DNA from: a bacterium
Lineage (GTDB): Bacteria; Patescibacteriota; Saccharimonadia; Saccharimonadales; SZUA-47
Assembly: GCA_030428125.1 (NCBI GenBank)
Contig: JAUIBF010000001.1
Location: 490,383-554,382 of the forward strand
DNA: 64,000 nucleotides
Direction: 5' to 3'
A program made the position numbers and the translations under genes. The notes beneath the pieces were generated by a model. That model was not told the origin of the DNA and ran no database searches. It saw only the letters and a program-made list of their open reading frames with translations. This document shows positions 49,452 through 57,981 of this stretch, piece by piece. Within the stretch, counting starts at the first letter, position 1. Every line of letters starts with the position of its first letter.

Positions 49452-49891
49452 TACACAACCTCCTTTTCTGTAAACCCTTCAACAGAGGGTAGCTCTAAGA
49501 TTAAAGTTTTATCCCTCCTCGCAATGTCTAGTACTTCACTTAGACGATCTGCATCCTCAAACCAAACAGTCCATCCTTCCGGAAGATGAATTTCGTCAAC
49601 AACCCCCGCATTTACACCACCAAGTAGGGCATCGATTGAATCAGTTTCATCTGGATTTACACCAAAAGCTCTCATGACTTCGTTAGGTACCGTACAACCA
49701 TCAAATACAGAGTTTAAAGCTGACTTTGTCCCAAATATAACTGCACCATCATCGGCTAGCTCCCGTGCATAGGACCCACCTAATGCATCAGAAACAACCA
49801 GGGGTGCAATTACTCTTGCTGCAAAAAACATATCTTCTGACTGAACTCTGTAAGGGAACCTGACAACATCGTGAGCTTCATGAACCAACAT
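49451..49891 (-). CDS. operon-embedded hypothetical protein (146 aa) between atpF and atpH
   Basis: TAATG overlap with the atpF stop; AGGAG 12 nt upstream; no motif recognised. Confidence 0.6.
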   Translation of the reverse strand: MLVHEAHDVVRFPYRVQSEDMFFAARVIAPLVVSDALGGSYARELADDGAVIFGTKSALNSVFDGCTVPNEVMRAFGVNPDETDSIDALLGGVNAGVVDEIHLPEGWTVWFEDADRLSEVLDIARRDKTLILELPSVEGFTEKEVV

Positions 49892-50553
49892 TACTTCATT
49901 GCTCCTTTGAGGTAATCCTCGACTAGTTTCCGGTCGGATTTGTCATCAAGTTTTTGGTCAAGGATAGCTTCGGTTGCTTCTGTAATTAACCCAGCCATTT
50001 CTGCCTTCAAGCCATTTCGAGCATCGGCGATATCTCGCTCGATTTTACCCTCGGCAGCACGCATGATTTCTTCTGCTTTACGATTAGCAGTATCTTCTGC
50101 TGCGTGGATAATCTTGCCAGATTCTGCATTGGCTTCAGCCAAAATTACGTCAGCGTCTTTGCGAGCAGTTTTTAGGACTTTTTCGACACGCTCATCAAGC
50201 TCAGCTTTCTGCTTATCCATTTCGGCAGTTAAATGTAGCCCGCGATTGATATCATTGTGTCGCTTATCTAGATTTTTAACAATTCCATCTAACGCAAATT
50301 TCTTCACGGCCCATAGTAAAACTAGGAAAGTTATCAGCTGTGCACCGATAGCGAAAACGTCTAGCCCAAGAGCGCCAATGCCTTCGGACTCGCTAGCATG
50401 TGAATCTTCCGTAGTGTGTGCGTCACCAGCGTGTTCTTCGCCAGAATGGTCGTCTGTTGCATGTTCGTCAGAATTTGATGTATCACTAGCAGCAAGCACC
50501 ATTCCGACTCCGGTGTCTTCTGCATCTATGACTGCCAAGATTGTCTTACTCAT
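49891..50553 (-). CDS. atpF: Fo ATP synthase subunit b with ~60-aa His/Asp/Glu-rich N-terminal extension
   Basis: TM segment FAIGAQLITFLVLLWAVKKF followed by a long charged helix (b-subunit architecture); GAAGGA Shine-Dalgarno supports the long N-terminus. Confidence 0.8.
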   Translation of the reverse strand: MSKTILAVIDAEDTGVGMVLAASDTSNSDEHATDDHSGEEHAGDAHTTEDSHASESEGIGALGLDVFAIGAQLITFLVLLWAVKKFALDGIVKNLDKRHNDINRGLHLTAEMDKQKAELDERVEKVLKTARKDADVILAEANAESGKIIHAAEDTANRKAEEIMRAAEGKIERDIADARNGLKAEMAGLITEATEAILDQKLDDKSDRKLVEDYLKGAMK

Positions 50554-50582
50554 ATTTTCCTTCTAATTATATCCTCTGTGGT

Positions 50583-50679
50583 TAGAACAACCATAACTGT
50601 TAACATGCCTTCACTAACAGATGTCGTTGTTCTAGATTGTTAAATTTAGTTGTAGAGGCCAGTTAAACCGACCTCTACA
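50583..50679 (-). promoter_or_regulatory. structured atpE-atpF spacer: nested 9-bp/6-bp stem-loop plus separate 8-bp hairpin
   Basis: TAGAACAAC (50583-91) pairs with GTTGTTCTA (50626-34), enclosing CTGTTA (50597-602)/TAACAG (50615-20). TGTAGAGG (50651-58) pairs with CCTCTACA (50672-79) immediately 3' of the atpE stop. Confidence 0.4.
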
Positions 50680-50686
50680 GGTGTAG

Positions 50687-50938
50687 TTAGAGCAAAAACG
50701 CTCCAAGAAGAAACGCTAGCAAGGCTGTAACTTCGATCATCGCTGCGATGATGATAATTTGGCTTGCTGCCTTTCCAGCTTCTGGATTGCGACCTAGTGA
50801 CTTCATGTAGTTTGCACCTACAAGAGCTAGGCCAAATGCTGCAAGTCCCAAAGCGATGCCGAGCATAATGCTCTTTGACCATGCTTCAGCAACTTGAACA
50901 TCAAATTCAGTAGCTTGAGCTAGTATTGTGTTTAACAT
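50687..50938 (-). CDS. atpE: Fo ATP synthase subunit c
   Basis: 83-aa helical hairpin, polar loop GRNPE, ion-binding Glu in AAMIEVTALLAF; AAGGAGA Shine-Dalgarno. Confidence 0.9.
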   Translation of the reverse strand: MLNTILAQATEFDVQVAEAWSKSIMLGIALGLAAFGLALVGANYMKSLGRNPEAGKAASQIIIIAAMIEVTALLAFLLGAFLL

Positions 50939-50977
50939 ATTTTTCTCCTTAAAACCGTAGTTCTGTGGTTACTTTTT

Positions 50978-51820
50978 CTATGCAACATCTGGAAGCTCCT
51001 CGACCTTAATAGCTTCGTCGTGATGTTCTTCTTCAGGGTGCGCATGAGAAATCGCCAGGGCGAGGTAGGTAGCACTAAGCACGGTAAACACATACGCCTG
51101 TATACCGGCTACAAGAACTTCAAACAAAATAATCGGGATAACTGCGACTGGAGTCCGTCCACCACTGAGGATAAGGCTGGTGAATACAGCTATCAGAATT
51201 TCACCAACAGCAGTGTTAAGGAATAAACGGAGGGCCAGGGAAAGGATACGGGTAAATTCACCGAATACTTCCAAAATACCGATGAAAAAGTTAATCGGAT
51301 TCCACGGTTTATCACTAAAGTAGTGCGTCAAGTGGCCTTTCAAACCTTGTGCACGAATCGACATAACCTGAACTGCAACAATGGCTATAACTGCCATTAC
51401 TAGCGTTCCGTTTAAATCTGCTGTAAATGGTCGGAAAATAGGGATGTGGTTAACATGAATTCCAGGACCAACAATCGGTATCAAGCCTAAGATGTTGCTG
51501 AATAGAATGAACAAGAAAAACACCGAGAAAATCGGCGCGTACTTGATTGCTTGTTTGCGATTACCAAACGCTCCTTCTAAGACTCCAATAATGAACTCTA
51601 CTAGAAACTCCAGTATAGCGATTGCGCCTTTTTTAGGCTTCACGGATGATTTTTTTGCAAGAGCATACAGGACAAAGAACATAAAGATTGCCACCAGTAA
51701 GCCATAAATCATGGAGTTAGTTACAGTAACCCCACCGATAGTAAATACTTCTTCGGCTTTTAGGGATACGTGAATACCACTATCACCTTCGGCTAAACGT
51801 GAAAATAGTGTGCTTAACAT
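50978..51820 (-). CDS. atpB: Fo ATP synthase subunit a
   Basis: Conserved Arg helix LSLALRLFLNTAVGE and late Q/Y helix. ATG at 51820 preferred (GGAG 5 nt upstream) over GTG 51826. C-terminal SHAHPEEEHHDE tail. Confidence 0.9.
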   Translation of the reverse strand: MLSTLFSRLAEGDSGIHVSLKAEEVFTIGGVTVTNSMIYGLLVAIFMFFVLYALAKKSSVKPKKGAIAILEFLVEFIIGVLEGAFGNRKQAIKYAPIFSVFFLFILFSNILGLIPIVGPGIHVNHIPIFRPFTADLNGTLVMAVIAIVAVQVMSIRAQGLKGHLTHYFSDKPWNPINFFIGILEVFGEFTRILSLALRLFLNTAVGEILIAVFTSLILSGGRTPVAVIPIILFEVLVAGIQAYVFTVLSATYLALAISHAHPEEEHHDEAIKVEELPDVA

Positions 51821-52005
51821 GCACACTCCATGAATTCGTCGGCTGTAAAGTCGGCGGCGTATCTCATATTTGATTTTATTTTATCAAGTACCCCTGGGTT
51901 TAGACAATAGTAATCTGAGGCAATAGAAGTTTTGCCATTACAATGTTTTTAGTTTATAATATTATTACTATGTATCTTGGTGTTCGGAAAGTTTTAGGTG
52001 AAGCA

Positions 52006-52791
52006 ATGCCTGCTGTCGCGTCTGAACTTGAGCATCACGGATATCAATACGCTCTAAGAACACTTTTTATTTATGGACTTACTCCAGATGAATATAACGC
52101 AGGCTCTGTCGTCGACCCTGATATCACGAGACATTCTGGATTGAGAGCGTTAATACATGCTCATAACTTTTTATTGGGCGAAACAGTTAAAGTTGACGGG
52201 GCTGTTGAAATAAGTGCAGATTTTGGGCACACTAAACCTTCTGCTTGCTCTAGCGCGGAACACTATTTCTTAACACTGACCGGTAACATCAATCAGGATT
52301 TCGACACTGGATTTTCTGAAAGGCATTTTGACGATTTTTTGAGGAGAGCTACTGTCGCAACAGATGCATCTGGTGAACCAGTTATCATAAAAAAATACTA
52401 CGAAAGCGAATCAGCGCTAACACTCAAGCCTATTTCGCTTAAAGGATTCCCGATACCCGCCGGAACCATTCTTGGGATTAATTTGGCAGGACAAGAGCAC
52501 GGTTACACTGGTTTTGCAGACGACGCTACTGAAAGTGAACAGCTAGTAGAAACTCTTGGCGGAGGACTACTAAGACTGATCGATGTTGATGATGTAGACA
52601 AAGTTAGACCAATACGCTTAGTATCATTCGCTGGGAGAAGGCAGATTGAAAGATTTGGATTACGAAAAAACTATTCAAGTTTTAGAAAAGCCTGGGATTT
52701 ATCAAAATTCGGAATAGGACAAATTGATACAGCGATTAGTGACGCTATTGGAACTGCCAAACCCAGCGCGCCTATTTCTGCTATTCGTTAA
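52006..52791 (+). CDS. hypothetical protein
   Basis: ORF 51943-52791; ATG 52006 preferred (AGGTGA Shine-Dalgarno); divergent from atpB; no motif recognised. Confidence 0.4.
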   Translation: MPAVASELEHHGYQYALRTLFIYGLTPDEYNAGSVVDPDITRHSGLRALIHAHNFLLGETVKVDGAVEISADFGHTKPSACSSAEHYFLTLTGNINQDFDTGFSERHFDDFLRRATVATDASGEPVIIKKYYESESALTLKPISLKGFPIPAGTILGINLAGQEHGYTGFADDATESEQLVETLGGGLLRLIDVDDVDKVRPIRLVSFAGRRQIERFGLRKNYSSFRKAWDLSKFGIGQIDTAISDAIGTAKPSAPISAIR

Positions 52792-53404
52792 AAATTCCAG
52801 TCGCTGCTTTTACTCGCTCCCAGAATGTAAATGGCTTGCCACCAGAACAAGCGGATGGGTCTTGTCGTTCGTTGTATTCGTGAGCGTCTTTTTGTATCTC
52901 ATCATACTGCGCTTGCAAGTCTCCGTCTGTTGGCTCTCCAATACTCACCAGCATGGCATCTTCATCACCGATCACTCTGTTAGCGATAGTATCGACCTCT
53001 CCACCATTTAATATGAATTTAATTTCAGTATCACCGTCTTCTATCAGGACTTTGTCTTCATACGCAAACAGGTTGTCACCCAGTGTCATGCCGAGATTCG
53101 CGAAAAAATGCCCCCAAGTGGCTGCATCACGATGAACATGCACAACATGGTTTACTTGATCATGCATGTGAACCCTATCTTGTGGTCGGGCTTCTTCGCC
53201 TCCGAAACAGGCTGCAACTTCCTCGTAATACAAGAAATTTTCAAAAGGCAGTCTTTCACCGTCAACAAAAACAGCAAAGTTCGCATGATAATGGGTTTCT
53301 TGTTTTTCAACTAGGACAAATCTCATGGCAAAGAGCCAGAATGCCCCCATGAAAAAAGCTAGCGCAACCAGCAAAGTTTGTTTTTTAGACACCCTTAACC
53401 TCAT
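52781..53404 (-). CDS. membrane-anchored His-rich extracytoplasmic protein
   Basis: N-terminal TM; ETHYHANFAVFVDG and RVHMHDQVNHVVHVHRD histidine clusters suggest metal binding. Confidence 0.45.
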   Translation of the reverse strand: MRLRVSKKQTLLVALAFFMGAFWLFAMRFVLVEKQETHYHANFAVFVDGERLPFENFLYYEEVAACFGGEEARPQDRVHMHDQVNHVVHVHRDAATWGHFFANLGMTLGDNLFAYEDKVLIEDGDTEIKFILNGGEVDTIANRVIGDEDAMLVSIGEPTDGDLQAQYDEIQKDAHEYNERQDPSACSGGKPFTFWERVKAATGIFNE

Positions 53405-53445
53405 GCAATTAAGTATAGCAGTTATTATTTGCTACAATTTAGCTA

Positions 53446-53757
53446 ATGATTACACAGATTCTAGCTCACGCAGGGGAAGACCACGGCTCAGAGGCAGCTG
53501 CGACTATTCATGAACTAGCGTGGTATTACCAATTGCCAATATTTTTCCTGGTATTTTTGGGCATATGTACGCTTATCTGGCTGATAACTAAGAAACTTGA
53601 TTTGGTAATTTTAATCAGTTCAACAATGATGCTAATTACAGGATTTCTGGTGTTTCAGGTTGCACCACTAGTCAGTATCATTTCGATTACGCTAGGCTTA
53701 ATAGCAACTTTAGCAGTCACTTTGATCGGTCTCGGTGGACCTGCAGCTAAAAAATAG
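53446..53757 (+). CDS. small membrane protein (3 TM) with HAGEDHGSE N-terminus
   Basis: 103-aa ORF, three hydrophobic helices. Confidence 0.45.
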   Translation: MITQILAHAGEDHGSEAAATIHELAWYYQLPIFFLVFLGICTLIWLITKKLDLVILISSTMMLITGFLVFQVAPLVSIISITLGLIATLAVTLIGLGGPAAKK

Positions 53758-53838
53758 ATATATCTCACATACGCGTTGTGAAGCACTTCACTGCACAAAG
53801 TGTAGTAACTTGATAATCTGTAGTGCCCTGGAGGTATT

Positions 53839-54444
53839 ATGGGTCTACCAGCAGCAGTATTCGAACAAGATTTAATGTACGTACCCAGACGTGCGTTTGA
53901 GGTAATTGAAGGGGATCAGACTGCTGAAGTTTTTACTGATTTATATCGTTTTGTTTCAGATAGCGCCGGGCAAAGGTTTTGGTCGGTCGAAGTTATTGAT
54001 GAGTTTGATTCAACTGGGCATTTGGACATTCTAAAAGGCTCTATTAGGCGCATCCCGGGCATAAGCAGCATAATGGAACATACAGCGAAATTGCCATCGG
54101 GCGATATAGCCTTTAATGCCCACGACAACCTGATTAGAGATGTACCCGACATCACATCGAGGCGAAACGCAAAAGGTCAACATACAAGTCTAGGCGTAAC
54201 TTATGAAGTCGCACATAACAATCCAGCTATTAGATTCGCTGCCGTTAACTCCTTGAGGACCGAAGGCGACCCCACCATAGAAACAGTACGTGCTTTTGAA
54301 GGCTGGCGTTATGCAAATGATTTTCAGATATCCGCAGAGCGGCTAGAACTAGCCAGGTTAGCTTACAAAAATTTTCTTTTTGGAGTTGGGTCTAGTACGT
54401 TTATGCCAGCGCTAGGGTATGCTGCAACTGCATATCTAAAATAG
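53839..54444 (+). CDS. hypothetical protein
   Basis: 201-aa ORF upstream of cobO-like gene; GGAGG Shine-Dalgarno (ctggaggtattATG); no motif recognised. Confidence 0.45.
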   Translation: MGLPAAVFEQDLMYVPRRAFEVIEGDQTAEVFTDLYRFVSDSAGQRFWSVEVIDEFDSTGHLDILKGSIRRIPGISSIMEHTAKLPSGDIAFNAHDNLIRDVPDITSRRNAKGQHTSLGVTYEVAHNNPAIRFAAVNSLRTEGDPTIETVRAFEGWRYANDFQISAERLELARLAYKNFLFGVGSSTFMPALGYAATAYLK

Positions 54445-54481
54445 CTTAGAATTGTCGTGCGATAGAGGTTATACTTCTTAT

Positions 54482-55057
54482 ATGGCGTTTGAGGACTTTA
54501 AACAAAAAGATTCAGTAGTGGTGGTTTACACCGGAGAAGGAAAAGGCAAGACCAGCGCAAGCGTTGGACTTCTAGCTCGTGCACTGGGCAGGGAGTGGAG
54601 TGTTGCTTACATTCAATTCGTGAAAATGTGGGAAACCGGCGAGTCAAAATTTATCGAAAAAATAATGTACAGCGACACTTTCAAGGATAAACTCTACTAT
54701 TTCCGTGGAGGAAAAGGGTTTTTCAACGCAGGTGATTTGAGCGCAAAAAATGTAACTGAAAACGAACATAAAGCAGCAGCCGAGGAGACATTTGAACAAG
54801 CATACGAAAAAGCAACTTCAGGTGAATGGGATTTAGTTATTTGTGACGAGATCTGTAACTCGGTTCATGACGGGTTGCTAGCGAAGTCTAAATTAAAAAA
54901 GCTCATCAAGGATAAGCACAAAAACACTAGCCTCTGCTTAACCGGAAGAAATTTCCCGGAAGACTTAATAGCTTTAACAGATATTGCGACCAATATGACT
55001 AAATTAAAACATCACTTTGACGACAAATTCTTAGCAAACAAAGGAATTGACTACTGA
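54482..55057 (+). CDS. cobO: cob(I)yrinic acid a,c-diamide adenosyltransferase (CobA/CobO/BtuR family)
   Basis: VVVYTGEGKGKTSASVGLLARALG P-loop, IQFVK, WDLVICDEI; start at MAFEDFKQ preferred. Confidence 0.8.
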   Translation: MAFEDFKQKDSVVVVYTGEGKGKTSASVGLLARALGREWSVAYIQFVKMWETGESKFIEKIMYSDTFKDKLYYFRGGKGFFNAGDLSAKNVTENEHKAAAEETFEQAYEKATSGEWDLVICDEICNSVHDGLLAKSKLKKLIKDKHKNTSLCLTGRNFPEDLIALTDIATNMTKLKHHFDDKFLANKGIDY

Positions 55058-55827
55058 TCGGCAGGGGTAACTACACCTTGTGGCGCAAGTCTGTAAGGCA
55101 TAAATTTATCAACGTTTAGTTCACGAAAATCTGTCTCTTTGGCTAGAGTATCTAGGATTGCTCTTACAGGATCAATGTCGTCATCTAGAGTAGGGTAAGG
55201 TCCTTCAAGTTCGTGATAAAGAGACATGGCACCGAGTGTGAACACCTCCTTAGGTTGAGGTAGTTCTTCTATTGGGCTATGCATAATGTCGAGTGGGTTT
55301 GCACCACTATCCGTAAAATCAAACAAGTCCTCAGTTGTGTACGTTGCCAATAGGGCGTCTGTTCCAAAGGCTTTAGTTACAACAGGACGACAGAAGCCAC
55401 AACAATGGAGTGACTCCATATGTTTTGATGTACCTACTAAATCTTTTATGTCTCTTTTGGCAGCCAGCATTAAAAGTCTCATGGATATATCATTAGGTCT
55501 TGCGCGTAGAGCTAGCATACCTCGTTCTCCACAGACACGTGTTAGCGAGCCTTTATATGGTTTTAAGTTAGAGCTAGAAATTATCCTAAATGGATTAGGA
55601 TGAGTATCTGTAAGAATCGGTGCGCTTGCAGCTACAGGGAAGTTTTCTTCATCAACGCCATAGTGTTGAGCTTGAGTTAAAGCATTGAACAAATCAAACA
55701 TCGAGTTGCGATATAAATCTTCTACACTCATTTCATGAGCGAATCTACTACCCGGTGTTCTACGATACGAGAACTCAAATCCAGGCTGATTCAGTCCACC
55801 ACCATATACAAAATCAGAGTTTGTCAT
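55051..55827 (-). CDS. cytidine-deaminase-fold-like protein (divergent zinc motifs), double length
   Basis: RVCGERGMLALRA (cf. C/H-A-E-x-x-A) followed ~45 aa later by HCCGFCRPVV (cf. PCGxCRQ); 258 aa against ~130 aa for tetrameric CDA. Confidence 0.4.
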   Translation of the reverse strand: MTNSDFVYGGGLNQPGFEFSYRRTPGSRFAHEMSVEDLYRNSMFDLFNALTQAQHYGVDEENFPVAASAPILTDTHPNPFRIISSSNLKPYKGSLTRVCGERGMLALRARPNDISMRLLMLAAKRDIKDLVGTSKHMESLHCCGFCRPVVTKAFGTDALLATYTTEDLFDFTDSGANPLDIMHSPIEELPQPKEVFTLGAMSLYHELEGPYPTLDDDIDPVRAILDTLAKETDFRELNVDKFMPYRLAPQGVVTPADQ

Positions 55828-55857
55828 TTAAATTATTATAGCACTTTTTAATTGATT

Positions 55858-56157
55858 TTACAATTCTTGTGAAAGTCGTTCAACGGCATCGAGTACTCTT
55901 CTGAGAGGCCTTTGGTGTTTATGAAGTGTATAAAAGACGCGCAGGTGATCATGAGATTTATCGGGTGCTACTAGCTCAAACTGAGTAAGGAGCTTCAGTT
56001 TCTTAGACAGGGTAGAAGGATTAATATGCAGATTATCTCTTAGCTGCGTAAATGTTTTTTCTCCGTAACGCTCCAATTCAAAAAGAATCTTAAGCGACGT
56101 GTTGTCTCCAATAACAAAAAATGCTTGGTACAACTTGATTAGTTCTTTCTCGTTCAC
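55858..56157 (-). CDS. ArsR/SmtB-type winged-helix transcriptional regulator
   Basis: SLKILFELERYGEKTFTQLRDNLHINPSTLSKKLKLLTQFELV helix-turn-helix pattern; 99 aa. Confidence 0.65.
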   Translation of the reverse strand: MNEKELIKLYQAFFVIGDNTSLKILFELERYGEKTFTQLRDNLHINPSTLSKKLKLLTQFELVAPDKSHDHLRVFYTLHKHQRPLRRVLDAVERLSQEL

Positions 56158-56257
56158 ACTTAAATCCTTTCTGTTTATTTTCTATACTACTTGTGTTTAT
56201 AGATTACTATACTTTTTATACAACTGTAAACGTAAACTTTTTGATGTTACTATTTGA

Positions 56258-56893
56258 TTGATGAACCAGAGGAACTTCAACATTTTTACTTGGACAGTCC
56301 TGCTAGTTTCTATATTGATACCGTTTTACGTGTGGGGAAATTACGTTGGTTGGGAAATATTTGATGTGTCTTTGTACCAGCTTTTCCCGTTGTTTGGATT
56401 GCTGGCATGGATGATAATGTGCACACACTATTTTACAGGTGCAGTACGGATCAAAACTGGCCTAAAAAAATCTAAATATTACGGAGGGGCTACCGGAGCA
56501 TTAGTGCTAGCATTTCTGCTTCTACATCCAGGAATTCTTGCGTACGCACAACACGACAATGGCTTCGGGACACCTCCAGAAAGTTTTGTAGATTACTACG
56601 GCGAAGCTTTAATCTTGGCCGGAATGCTCGGAACTATATCGTTACTAATTTTCTTAAGCTTTGAGATATTTGACAGACTAAAAAATAATAAAGTTATCAA
56701 CAAATACTGGATTCTTGTAAGTATCTCTCAGTCATTAGCGATGACATTTATTTTTGTTCATGGGCTACAACTGGGTACAAATCTGAAGTCGGGATGGTTT
56801 ATCTACATCTGGCTACTATACGGACTCGCCTTGATACCGTGTTTTTATATAATTCACAAACTAGATTTTGAAAATATTCAAAAAAACAGATAA
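56258..56893 (+). CDS. polytopic membrane protein (6 TM), divergent from the ArsR-like regulator
   Basis: 211-aa ORF with conserved-looking His residues in TM helices; function not assigned. Confidence 0.45.
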   Translation: MMNQRNFNIFTWTVLLVSILIPFYVWGNYVGWEIFDVSLYQLFPLFGLLAWMIMCTHYFTGAVRIKTGLKKSKYYGGATGALVLAFLLLHPGILAYAQHDNGFGTPPESFVDYYGEALILAGMLGTISLLIFLSFEIFDRLKNNKVINKYWILVSISQSLAMTFIFVHGLQLGTNLKSGWFIYIWLLYGLALIPCFYIIHKLDFENIQKNR

Positions 56894-56940
56894 CTCTCGT
56901 TTCTTTTAAACAGTTGACATCATGCTGTAAACTGTTATTT

Positions 56941-57447
56941 ATGAGTCAAGCAACTCTACATTTACTGATGGGTCTACCAGGGTCTGGAAAAACTACCTTA
57001 GGCAAACTTTTAGAAACGGAAACGAAGGCAACTTACTTATCTTCTGATGAATATCGGCTAATGCTGTTTAAAGAACCCTGTTTTTCTCAAGAGGAACACG
57101 ACATGCTTTACGCCACACTAGACCACAACGTACTTCATCTACTAGAAGCCGGTCGTGACGTCATATATGATGCAAACTTGAACCGGAAAATTCATCGACT
57201 AGAGAAGTACGAACTAGCTAAAAACTACGGCGCGAAAGTAAGGTTATGGTGGGTTCAAACACCAGAAAAACTAGCAAAACAACGCAGAATCGATGAACAG
57301 GACCATTTGCTAATCCCAGAAAACGAAACTCCCGAAAATATGTTTGATAGGATTGCCGGAGTATTCGAACCACCTGAAGAAGATGAAGATTTTACAGTTG
57401 TAGATGGTACTAATATCACAAAAGATTCTGTGGTAGAAGAACTTTAA
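56941..57447 (+). CDS. P-loop kinase (AAA_33/polynucleotide-kinase-like ATP-binding protein)
   Basis: LLMGLPGSGKTTLGKLL Walker A, IYDANLNRK; start at MSQATLH preferred. Confidence 0.6.
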   Translation: MSQATLHLLMGLPGSGKTTLGKLLETETKATYLSSDEYRLMLFKEPCFSQEEHDMLYATLDHNVLHLLEAGRDVIYDANLNRKIHRLEKYELAKNYGAKVRLWWVQTPEKLAKQRRIDEQDHLLIPENETPENMFDRIAGVFEPPEEDEDFTVVDGTNITKDSVVEEL

Positions 57448-57981
57448 ATGCAGCAAATTTTATACATTCCAGGATTGGGCGACGCTGAGGCGACCAAGTT
57501 TCTGGCTGACAGATGGGAAAAACCAGATCGAGAGGTTGTAACCTTTGATACACGCTGGGCCAGCAACGAACCATACACAGAAAAGTATCAGAGACTTCTG
57601 GGTGTTTTCGGTGATTTAAGCCTTGTAGACGATATAGAGGTGATTGCCCAAAGTGCTGGTGGAGCACTAGCAACCAGGCTAATATCAGAAAAACCGGAGA
57701 TAAATCAAGCCGCCATAATTTGCGGTAAACTGAGAAACGCCGAAACTATCGGAGACGACTATCGTAAACGTGGGCCTGCCTTGTACGACGCCGTAGTAGC
57801 CAGCGAAAAAGCGCTAGAAACATCTGACGATTTTGCTTCGAAAGTGACCGTTTATCGGCCCCTACGTGAATGGGTAGTACCGATGGACGACATGATTATA
57901 GAAGGGGCCAGAATTAAAAAAGTCCCCATTATCGGACATGCTGCATGCATTGGTTTTACAATGCTGTTTTATGTCCCTTAA
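57448..57981 (+). CDS. small alpha/beta hydrolase-like protein
   Basis: LYIPGLGD N-terminus, nucleophile elbow-like IAQSAGG, C-terminal IIGHAA; TAAATG junction with the upstream kinase. Confidence 0.45.
   Translation: MQQILYIPGLGDAEATKFLADRWEKPDREVVTFDTRWASNEPYTEKYQRLLGVFGDLSLVDDIEVIAQSAGGALATRLISEKPEINQAAIICGKLRNAETIGDDYRKRGPALYDAVVASEKALETSDDFASKVTVYRPLREWVVPMDDMIIEGARIKKVPIIGHAACIGFTMLFYVP

Noticed and set aside
49940-50566. 208-aa plus-strand ORF antisense to atpF
   Set aside because: It is a Ser/Ala-rich low-complexity product lying entirely opposite a well-supported atpF. This is a typical shadow ORF of a charged-helix gene.
50646-50882. 78-aa minus-strand ORF overlapping atpE out of frame
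   Set aside because: The atpE frame gives a textbook c-subunit with a strong Shine-Dalgarno. The alternative frame has no support, and its 3' part is the hairpin region.
50687-50938. Na+-specific c-subunit (Q...E-S/T motif)
   Set aside because: Helix 2 has E-V-T rather than E-S-T, and the helix-1 position aligned to the Na+-ligand Gln is Leu in my manual alignment. There is no support for Na+ coupling from sequence alone.
56158-56257. Operator for the ArsR-like regulator (two CTATACT direct repeats and a TATAG-ATTA-CTATA palindrome)
   Set aside because: The elements are short (5-7 bp) and sit in a very AT-rich spacer, so they are easily produced by chance. They are not a convincing 12-2-12 type ArsR operator.
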